Positions 57,370-64,000 of a DNA stretch of 64,000 nucleotides are shown here, in pieces. The stretch spans positions 832,001 through 896,000 of the forward strand of contig CAWJSK010000012.1 of NCBI GenBank assembly GCA_963845535.1, written 5' to 3'. Position 1 is the first letter of the stretch. Every line of letters begins with the position of its first letter. Below the pieces are notes generated by a model that saw only the letters and a program-made list of their open reading frames with translations, did not search any database and was not told the origin of the DNA. Made by a program: the position numbers and the translations under genes. The stretch is from an uncultured Spirochaetota bacterium. GTDB lineage: Bacteria; Spirochaetota; Spirochaetia; SZUA-6; Fen-1364.

Positions 57370-58073
57370 CGGCCCTCCGAAGCGGCGGCCCCCGCGGAGA
57401 TGAGCTTGTAGCCAATGCCCCGCACATTCACGATTCGGGTCCCATGGCCGCCGAGCTTGTCCCGCAGGTGCTTCACGTGCACGTCCACGGACCTGTCAGT
57501 GACGTTCTTCTCGTTGCCCCAGAGATGGTCGAGGATCTTCTCCCGGGAGAAGACCCAGCCAACGCGGGACGCCAGGAGCTGGAGGATGCGGAACTCCGCC
57601 TGCGTCAGCTCCAGACGGGCCCCTCCCACGAAAGCCTCAACGGTGTCGGTGTCAATGACCAGCCCGTCACCCGCGTCAATACGGGCGCGCGCGACCTCCG
57701 GGGCGGCGCGGCGCAGAACCGCCTTCACGCGGGCGGCGAGCTCCTTCGGGGAAAACGGCTTCACGACGTAGTCGTCAGCGCCCAGCTCCAGCCCGAGGAC
57801 CCTGTCCGCTTCCTCCGCGCGCGCCGTCAGGATGATGACCGGGATGGCGGAAAGGTTGCGGTCCGCCCGCATCCTGCGGCAGACCTCGAAGCCATCCGTA
57901 TCCGGAAGCATTACGTCGAGGACCACGAGGTCCGGCCTGTCGGCTGCCAGTGACGCGAGGAAGCCCCGTCCGTCAGGGTGCTCGCGGACGCGGAAGCGCT
58001 CCTTCTTCAAGGCCGCCGTGACAAGCGCGCGGATGTCGTCTTCGTCCTCCACGATTGCTACCAGCTCATTCAT
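57366..58073 (-). CDS. phoB: Phosphate regulon response regulator (OmpR family)
   Basis: Receiver domain (VEDE, LDVMLP, KPF) and wHTH (RSVDVHV..LR.KL, VRG.GY); adjacent to phoR/pst. Confidence 0.9.
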   Translation of the reverse strand: MNELVAIVEDEDDIRALVTAALKKERFRVREHPDGRGFLASLAADRPDLVVLDVMLPDTDGFEVCRRMRADRNLSAIPVIILTARAEEADRVLGLELGADDYVVKPFSPKELAARVKAVLRRAAPEVARARIDAGDGLVIDTDTVEAFVGGARLELTQAEFRILQLLASRVGWVFSREKILDHLWGNEKNVTDRSVDVHVKHLRDKLGGHGTRIVNVRGIGYKLISAGAAASEGR

Positions 58074-58097
58074 CACCCCGACTGTAAAGCAAACGGC

Positions 58098-58721
58098 TCA
58101 GCTCTGCAACGCCGGCCCCGAAGCGCGTCGGGCGGCGGCGCGCCTTCGCGAGGCAAGCTCCGCCCAGCGGAAGCAGCTCACGAGGTGATCGTTGACCACG
58201 CCGACCGCCTGCAGGTGTGAGTAGATGATCGTGGAGCCGACGAAGGAAAACCCCCTCGCCTTGAGGTCCTTGGAAAGCTGATCGGAAAGCTCGCTGCGGG
58301 GCGGGACCTCGGAAATCGTCTCCCAGTGGTTCACCACCGGCTTGCCCTGCGTCCACTTCCACAGATACGCGTCGAACGTGCCGAACTCGTCGACAACCTC
58401 CAGGAGCCTGCGCGCATTGTCGATGGAGGATTCTATCTTGGCCCGGTTTCGGATGATCCCCGCGTCCGCGAGCAGCCGCTCCACGTCGCGTTTCCCGAAC
58501 TTCGCAACACGGGCGGGGTCGAAACCACGGTAGGCCCGACGGTACGCGTCGCGCTTTCGCAGCACGGTGAGCCAGGAAAGACCCGCCTGCGCCGCTTCCA
58601 GGACCAGGAACTCGAAGTGCCGTACATCGTCATGGGTCGGAGCGCCCCATTCCTCATCGTGGTACAGCGCAAGGGTCTCATTGGAGGAGGCCCAGCCGCA
58701 ACGCACCCTCGTGGAGCTCAT
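58098..58721 (-). CDS. tag: DNA-3-methyladenine glycosylase I
   Basis: RCGW, YHDEEWG, QAGLSW, IIRNRAKI, NDHL..C. Confidence 0.96.
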   Translation of the reverse strand: MSSTRVRCGWASSNETLALYHDEEWGAPTHDDVRHFEFLVLEAAQAGLSWLTVLRKRDAYRRAYRGFDPARVAKFGKRDVERLLADAGIIRNRAKIESSIDNARRLLEVVDEFGTFDAYLWKWTQGKPVVNHWETISEVPPRSELSDQLSKDLKARGFSFVGSTIIYSHLQAVGVVNDHLVSCFRWAELASRRRAAARRASGPALQS

Positions 58722-59603
58722 TCAAGCCCCCGCATTCCGTGAGGCCTCGGAGCCTTTGCCCGCGGTGTCGCGAAACCAGTCGATCAGCCGGCGGGCAACC
58801 GTCATGGGGCCAGGGATCTCGGGGAGCTGGTCGGCGCCGTACCAGTCTGCTTCCATGATTTCCGAGGCGTCGACGACGATCTCCCCGCGGGCGTGATCAG
58901 CGGTAAAGGCAACCATCAGCGAATGGGGGAACGGCCAGGGCTGGCTTCCAAAGTAGCGCAGGTTGGAGATTTCGATGCCGGTCTCTTCGCGCACCTCGCG
59001 GTGCACGCATTCTTCCAGCGTCTCCCCCGGCTCCACGTAGCCCGCCAGCACGCTGCGCAGTCCCGGCGGGAAGCGGGCCGCGCGAGCGAGCAGGATCCGC
59101 CCGTCCCGCACCACGGCCACGATGATGGCGGGGGAGATGCGAGGGTAGCTGAGGCTGCCGCACGCGGGGCATTCCCGCGCCCGCTCACCCGTTCGAAGCG
59201 TCGTGGCCGTACCGCACTTCCCGCAAAAGCGGTGGGACAGGTCCCAGTCCACCACCTCCAACGCGCGCGCGGCCACCGTAAAGAAGGAATAAGAGATGCC
59301 GTCGAACAAGGACCGCAAGCCCTCGAAACGAAACCCTTCGGGAGCCGGCGCTCCGAGCGGGACACTTGCGGCCATGCAGACGCGACCTTGCGCGGTCCCC
59401 AGGACGTGGCAGCCGTCCGCGGCAAATCCGAGAGAGCGCAAGTCTTCGGTCAACGGGAGGCAGGGCTCTCCGTCGTTGGCCGTGACAAGAACGGAGCTTC
59501 CCCGGCAGACGAACCAGAGCTGTGGCCCTTGCGCAAGCGCATCCATTCCGGGAACGAAGCTATCAAAAGAGGAGAGTTGACCGACCGGCTCATTATTGCC
59601 CAC
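58722..59603 (-). CDS. nudC: NAD+ diphosphatase
   Basis: FCGKCG...CPAC..YPR, Nudix box AGYVEPGETLEECVHREVREE, SQPWPFP. Confidence 0.95.
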   Translation of the reverse strand: MGNNEPVGQLSSFDSFVPGMDALAQGPQLWFVCRGSSVLVTANDGEPCLPLTEDLRSLGFAADGCHVLGTAQGRVCMAASVPLGAPAPEGFRFEGLRSLFDGISYSFFTVAARALEVVDWDLSHRFCGKCGTATTLRTGERARECPACGSLSYPRISPAIIVAVVRDGRILLARAARFPPGLRSVLAGYVEPGETLEECVHREVREETGIEISNLRYFGSQPWPFPHSLMVAFTADHARGEIVVDASEIMEADWYGADQLPEIPGPMTVARRLIDWFRDTAGKGSEASRNAGA

Positions 59604-59678
59604 TCATCGACCTTAGCAACAAAAGAGATCAATGGAAAGTGCGTCATAACGGTTCAAGCTGTGCTTAAATAATCCTAA

Positions 59679-59697
59679 TTGTGTCGAAATGACACAA
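59679..59697. promoter_or_regulatory. Palindromic upstream activator site (bEBP-type)
   Basis: Perfect TTGTGTC-GAAAT-GACACAA about 90 bp upstream of a sigma54 -24/-12 element. Confidence 0.65.
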
Positions 59698-59784
59698 AAT
59701 ACGTTATTTGTTGACGAAGGCCTCAAATCCTGATAATTGAGTTATTCACTTATATAGAAATGAATTACGATGTTTATTCAAGTC

Positions 59785-59801
59785 TTGGCATGCTTCCTGC
59801 A
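59785..59801 (+). promoter_or_regulatory. Sigma54 (-24/-12) promoter of hsp20
   Basis: TTGGCATGCTTCCTGCA = GG-N10-GC. Confidence 0.7.
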
Positions 59802-59842
59802 TAACAATTGTCGAGATTCATGAAACCGATAGGAGGTGCAAT

Positions 59843-60268
59843 ATGAACCTTATTCGCTATTCACCAAACGCGCTGGACTTTCTGGACAACGTTTCCAGCT
59901 GGTTCGACGACATGTTCACCGAGCCGGTTTTCGGTCACTCCGGGGTGCCCGCGGTCGACGTAAAGGAAACCGGCGCCGAGTACCTTATGGAGGTGGAGCT
60001 TCCCGGGCTGTCCGAGAAGGACGTGGACGTGAAGCTGGACAACAATCTGCTCACGATCTCCTCCAGCAAGGAAGACAAGAAAGAGGAGAAGAAGGACGGC
60101 TACCTCATGCGCGAGCGCAGGTCTTCCAGCTTTGCCAGGAGCTTCGTGCTTCCGGAAGGGATCGACAGGGAGAAGATTTCCGCCGAGTTCAAGAACGGGA
60201 TCCTCACCCTCTCCTTTCCCAAGACACCGGCCGCGCAGCCCAAGACGATCGAAGTAAAGAAGAGCTAA
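59843..60268 (+). CDS. Hsp20/alpha-crystallin small heat shock protein
   Basis: PAVDVKE, ELPG, ERR..SFARSF.LP, A.FKNGIL...PK; AGGAGG SD. Confidence 0.96.
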   Translation: MNLIRYSPNALDFLDNVSSWFDDMFTEPVFGHSGVPAVDVKETGAEYLMEVELPGLSEKDVDVKLDNNLLTISSSKEDKKEEKKDGYLMRERRSSSFARSFVLPEGIDREKISAEFKNGILTLSFPKTPAAQPKTIEVKKS

Positions 60269-60299
60269 AACGTTCATACTCGAGAAAGTGCAGAATCAA

Positions 60300-60338
60300 G
60301 CCTCCCTCGCCGCCGCGCGACTGAGGGAGGCGGTTTTT
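60300..60338 (+). terminator. Intrinsic terminator after hsp20
   Basis: GCCTCCCTC...GAGGGAGGC followed by GGTTTTT. Confidence 0.7.
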
Positions 60339-61843
60339 CATTTCACAATCGTCCTGAACTTCACATAGGCTTTTTCCCAGGTGTCCCGCTCCCGTGGGGC
60401 GAACTCTTTTATCGGGAATGCCGCGCGTATCATGCTCTTTGCCTCGGAAAGCTTGCCAATGATCCCCAGCCCCAGGGCTTGCACCATCGCGTTGCCAACC
60501 GCGGTCGCCTCCTCCGGGCCGGCCACGACCTTCACGCCGCAGGCGTTTGCCGTCAACTGGTTGAGGAGAGCGTTCTTCGAGCCGCCGCCCACGATGTGAA
60601 CCACCGAATAGGGCTTGCCGCTCACGGCGCCGATCTGCTCCCCGACCACCCGGTATTTCAAGGCAAGGCTCTCGTAGACCACGCGAAGCATGGTGCCCCG
60701 GTCCCGCGGCGGCTCCTGTCCGGTCCGCCGGCAGAAGGCGTTGATCGCCTCCTCCATGTTCGACGGGTTGTAGAACCCCGGATCATCAGGATCGATGAAG
60801 GCCGCGCGCGGCGTCCCCTTCTCCGTCAGGCGGTTCATCTCCTCCCAGTCCAGCTCCTTCCCATCCCGCGCCCGCCACGCGCGGCGAAGCTCCTGCACGA
60901 GCCAGGTGCCCATGCAGTTCTTCAGCAGCCGGATGTTGCCGATCCCGCCCTCGTTGCTGATGTTGACGGCCATGGCCTCGGCGTTCGTGATGGGCTTTCG
61001 AACGAGCTTGCCCACGAGGGACCAGGTCCCCGAGCTGATGATGAGGGCGTTCGCTGGATTGCCGATGGGCGCGGCGGCGTACGCGCTTGCCGTATCATGG
61101 GACCCCACGGCAATGATCCGGGCCCGTTTGAGGCCGACGGATGCTGCGAGCTCCGGCCGCATCTCCCCGAGCACGGCCCCGGGCGCCACGATCTCGGGCA
61201 TGAGCCACGCTGGGATGCCGAGGGCCTTCAGGATCTCGCGGCTCCATTTGCGCTTCTTGGAATCCATGAGCTGCGTGACGCTGGCCCAGGAAGAATCCAC
61301 CGCTGTCCCGCCGCCAAGGTAATAGGTGAAAAGGGAGGTGATGGGAAGAAAGCGCACGCCCTTCTTCACCAGGCTGGAACGGTTCTGCATGAGCCAGAGA
61401 AGCTGGTTCGACACGTTGAAGGGTTGGAAGTGGATCCCGGTGATCTCGTAGATGCGCTTGGGATCAAGCCGGGCTTTCACCTGGTCTATCATGCCGTCCA
61501 GGCGGTGGTCGCGGTAGCAGTAGACGGGGCCCAGCGTGACGCCGTCCTCATTGACGAGCGCGCCGTCCGTTCCCCAGGCGTCGACCCCAACGGAATCGGC
61601 AGTGTCGCCGATCTCGCGCCGGTAGGCCCGAAGGCCCTGGACGATCTGGGCGTAGATGTACAGCTCATCCCAGAGCGTCCGCTCCTCCACCGTGCCCGAG
61701 CGGTCGGCAAGATACACCGTTGCCGGCTCATGGCTGAACCGATGGATTTCACGGAGCGTGAACCCGTTCCCGTCGAACGCACCGACGAAACATTTGCCGC
61801 CCGAGGCGCCGATATCCACTGCAACGACTTTTGCGTTTTCCAC
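60338..61843 (-). CDS. rhaB: Rhamnulokinase (FGGY family)
   Basis: AVDIGASGG, EIHRF, YRD.R, GSHDTASA, SSGTWSL, NEGG, ESLAL.Y, GP.EATA.GN. Confidence 0.88.
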   Translation of the reverse strand: MENAKVVAVDIGASGGKCFVGAFDGNGFTLREIHRFSHEPATVYLADRSGTVEERTLWDELYIYAQIVQGLRAYRREIGDTADSVGVDAWGTDGALVNEDGVTLGPVYCYRDHRLDGMIDQVKARLDPKRIYEITGIHFQPFNVSNQLLWLMQNRSSLVKKGVRFLPITSLFTYYLGGGTAVDSSWASVTQLMDSKKRKWSREILKALGIPAWLMPEIVAPGAVLGEMRPELAASVGLKRARIIAVGSHDTASAYAAAPIGNPANALIISSGTWSLVGKLVRKPITNAEAMAVNISNEGGIGNIRLLKNCMGTWLVQELRRAWRARDGKELDWEEMNRLTEKGTPRAAFIDPDDPGFYNPSNMEEAINAFCRRTGQEPPRDRGTMLRVVYESLALKYRVVGEQIGAVSGKPYSVVHIVGGGSKNALLNQLTANACGVKVVAGPEEATAVGNAMVQALGLGIIGKLSEAKSMIRAAFPIKEFAPRERDTWEKAYVKFRTIVK

Positions 61844-61895
61844 ACCCCACCTCCCTTACGGTGCAAGACGGTATCACCCGGACCGCGGAGAGACA

Positions 61896-61927
61896 AGCTT
61901 GACCCCGCCTGAGCTTGACCCCGCCTG
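61896..61927. repeat. Perfect 16-bp tandem duplication in a divergent intergenic region
   Basis: AGCTTGACCCCGCCTG x2. Confidence 0.8.
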
Positions 61928-61952
61928 AGAGGGCAGCTATTTTCAGGGCACC

Positions 61953-62519
61953 ATGGGCCCGATATTCAATCGGCTTGCTGAATCCATCAGCTCCACCTGG
62001 AGGCTCCTCTCGGACACCACCAACTTCCTGAGCCGGGTGAAGCTGCTCGACCAGTACGAGACGGAGTTGCGGGGCTGGCGCGAGCGCCTTTCGCGAAACC
62101 GCAACAACCCGCAGGTGGCGCGGGAAATCCGTGATGATATCGTGGCTCTTCGAAAGCTGCTGCGTTCCCGCGGGTACGACCTGCGCCTCGGTTCCAAGGA
62201 CATTATCATCGAGGGATGGAGGCACGACGACGCCATGGCGGAGGGCTTCCGGCGGATCGTTCTGGGCGCCGCGGAAGACGACGTGTACTACGTGGCCGGG
62301 GACGCCAACCACAATGACCTTGCCGAGGCGCTGGAGAGCCAGTGTCGGGCCCGCCGCGGCTGCAAGCCCTTCTCCCTGCACTGCCTCTGGTACCGCTGGC
62401 GCACCAACGTCCTCGTCCTTTCGGGGGCCGCGTCGGAGACCGCCGAACAGTTCGAGGAGTTTCGACGCTACTTCGACATCAACAAGGACCTGCTTCTGAG
62501 AAAACTTTCCGGACTGTGA
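61953..62519 (+). CDS. Hypothetical protein
   Basis: 188-aa ORF with host-like codon usage filling the gap between rhaB and the PAS gene. Confidence 0.7.
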   Translation: MGPIFNRLAESISSTWRLLSDTTNFLSRVKLLDQYETELRGWRERLSRNRNNPQVAREIRDDIVALRKLLRSRGYDLRLGSKDIIIEGWRHDDAMAEGFRRIVLGAAEDDVYYVAGDANHNDLAEALESQCRARRGCKPFSLHCLWYRWRTNVLVLSGAASETAEQFEEFRRYFDINKDLLLRKLSGL

Positions 62520-62535
62520 GGGCTTCAGCCCGTTC

Positions 62536-63489
62536 CTACTTCGGCTGGTGATCGGGACAGAACGTGTGGGAAAAGAGCATCCCGGTCTTGCGCGCCACGT
62601 AGTCCGCCAGGGGCAGCCACTCCTCGTTCTCTCCCTCCGCCACGCGGATGCGCCGGCATACCGAACAGATGGGAAGGATGTGCTGCACCTGGCGCGCGAG
62701 GTCCCGGAGCAGCACGAGCTCGGTCACGTCGCGGGCAATTCCCTGCGTGCCCTGCATGCTTTCCGGCACGGGCCCGCCCGGACCGCCGGGAATCTGCGGC
62801 CCCAGCCCGAACGCGCTGAGGGAAACGTAAATGAAATCCAGGTCGAACTGGCGCTGCGCGCCCGCCTTGCTCGTGAGCCTGATCTGCAGGTTCCTGGTGG
62901 CGCGCTGGGAGCGCCGGCGCTCCCGCAAGGGCCAGTAGGCGATCTGCCGATCCTCGGGATGCACGATGTCCACCAGCTCCTTGCCCAGCAGCTCCTCCTT
63001 CGAGTAGCCCAGGAGCGTTTCCACCGTGTCGTTGATGAAGATCGTGCGACCGGCCGAATCCAGCACATAAATGATGGCAGGGGAGTGTTCGACGAGGCCG
63101 CGGTACAGCATGTCCATGCGGTCGAGCTGCTCCTGAAGCTGGACTTTGATGGTGGTGTCGCGGAAGACGAGGAGCCATCCCGTGAGCTTCCCCGCGTCAT
63201 ACCGGGGCACGGTGATGAGCTCTGTCGGTATCTCCATGCCGAAGTTGGTCTGCAGCCGTATGGGGAGCCCTGGCAGAATGGAGCCTGATCTCTCGATGGA
63301 GAAGATTGCCTGGAGATCCTTCAGGGAGGCAGGGGCGATGATCGAGTCGAGGTGGTAGCCCACCACGTCGTCCTGGCGAAAGCCGGTGATCTCCTCCGCG
63401 GCCTTGTTCCAGAAAAGGAGCACCCCTTCCTCGTCGCAGAGCGCCACTATCTCCTGCAGCTCATTAGGGTCAATGTTCACGTGTGTCAC
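62536..63489 (-). CDS. Tandem PAS domain protein with C-terminal Cys/His motif
   Basis: WNKAAEEITGF and LLGYSKEELLGK..D.VHPED PAS motifs; LPICSVCRRIR...FSHTFCPDH tail. Confidence 0.85.
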   Translation of the reverse strand: MTHVNIDPNELQEIVALCDEEGVLLFWNKAAEEITGFRQDDVVGYHLDSIIAPASLKDLQAIFSIERSGSILPGLPIRLQTNFGMEIPTELITVPRYDAGKLTGWLLVFRDTTIKVQLQEQLDRMDMLYRGLVEHSPAIIYVLDSAGRTIFINDTVETLLGYSKEELLGKELVDIVHPEDRQIAYWPLRERRRSQRATRNLQIRLTSKAGAQRQFDLDFIYVSLSAFGLGPQIPGGPGGPVPESMQGTQGIARDVTELVLLRDLARQVQHILPICSVCRRIRVAEGENEEWLPLADYVARKTGMLFSHTFCPDHQPK

Positions 63490-63616
63490 CCTGGTCGATC
63501 TCGATTATGGACCGGGGCCGGTGTTTGTTCAAGCTTGACAGGATATTCACATTTTGTAAAATCATGCTATTCGCGGCATTATTCAGGCCAGGCAGCCGGG
63601 AGTCGACCTCGCCCTT

Positions 63617-64000
63617 TTGAAAAAGCTCGGCGCCGAGTACCAGACGGCTACGCATCTCCCTCTCCTCCTCGTGGACGCCCGGGGCCGCACGCTCTGGCTC
63701 CTGGGGGGCTGTCAATTGTGTGCCCGGCTGTCCACATCTCCCCGGCGGGAGAAGCTGTGCGCCGACCATGAACGGCGCGCCGTGGAGGAATCCCTTCGAT
63801 GGGGAGAACCGTACATCTCCGTCTGTCCTTTCGGGCTCGTCACCTTCGCCGTCCCGCTGTCCCGGGAAAAGAAGCTTATTGCGGGACTGGTGAGCGGTTT
63901 CTGCATCTTCCCCCAGATGCAGAAGGACATCCGTGAGGAAATCGTCAGCAGCATCCGTCGCTTCCGCCTGAAAGCGCGCATTTCCCCCCGGTCCCGGCTC
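63617..64000 (+). CDS. PocR ligand-binding domain protein (probably a regulator), truncated by the window end; start uncertain
   Basis: Own translation: ...YQTATHLPLLLVDARG...GCQLCARL...LCADHERRAVEESLRWGEPYISVCPFGLVTFAVPL...; no stop before 64000. Confidence 0.7.
   Translation, partial: MKKLGAEYQTATHLPLLLVDARGRTLWLLGGCQLCARLSTSPRREKLCADHERRAVEESLRWGEPYISVCPFGLVTFAVPLSREKKLIAGLVSGFCIFPQMQKDIREEIVSSIRRFRLKARISPRSRL

Noticed and set aside
59611..59650. TTAGCA...AGTGC upstream of hsp20 as a CIRCE element
   Set aside because: Arms and spacing do not fit TTAGCACTC-N9-GAGTGCTAA

Overview
High-GC bacterial chromosomal window, most likely from a free-living spirochaete (class Spirochaetia). This is inferred from the 'FAGGSQE' type of binding-protein N-terminus, an SthK-like cyclic-nucleotide-gated K+ channel and the style of the HrpA gene. 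About 70 protein-coding genes are present. I recognised no rRNA, tRNA, CRISPR array, prophage or IS element. Main blocks: (1) 0.1-17.6 kb, metal homeostasis and housekeeping genes (Fur/Zur, RcnA-like, DUF1007, CDF, metal ABC transporter, MCP, ECF sigma, pncA). (2) 17.7-24.1 kb, a LacI-controlled alpha-glucan/maltodextrin ABC transporter plus malQ. (3) 24.1-30.3 kb, a sugar-phosphate-utilisation (SPU-type) bacterial microcompartment locus: 2 BMC-H, 1 double-stacking BMC-T, 4 BMC-P, an acylating aldehyde dehydrogenase and DeoC (both with encapsulation peptides), RpiB and a divergent DeoR. (4) 30.3-58.1 kb, a phosphate/polyphosphate region ending in phoB-phoR-pstSCAB-phoU-ppx-ppk1-sixA-CYTH/CHAD-ParA-metallophosphoesterase. 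The same 11-bp-periodic TTAAC-type repeat (PHO-box-like) found before pstS also precedes an orphan ABC transporter next to the microcompartment, a proteobacterial-type porin, two small Cys-rich proteins and a STAS protein. This suggests an undescribed Pho regulon that may link organophosphate scavenging, the microcompartment and polyphosphate storage. This region also encodes a small protein fusing a lysine-rich histone-H1-like tail to a collagen repeat. (5) 58.1-64 kb, tag, nudC, a sigma54-type hsp20, rhaB, a PAS protein and a partial PocR-domain regulator. Four genes each carry a single-base frameshift, probably from sequencing or assembly errors.
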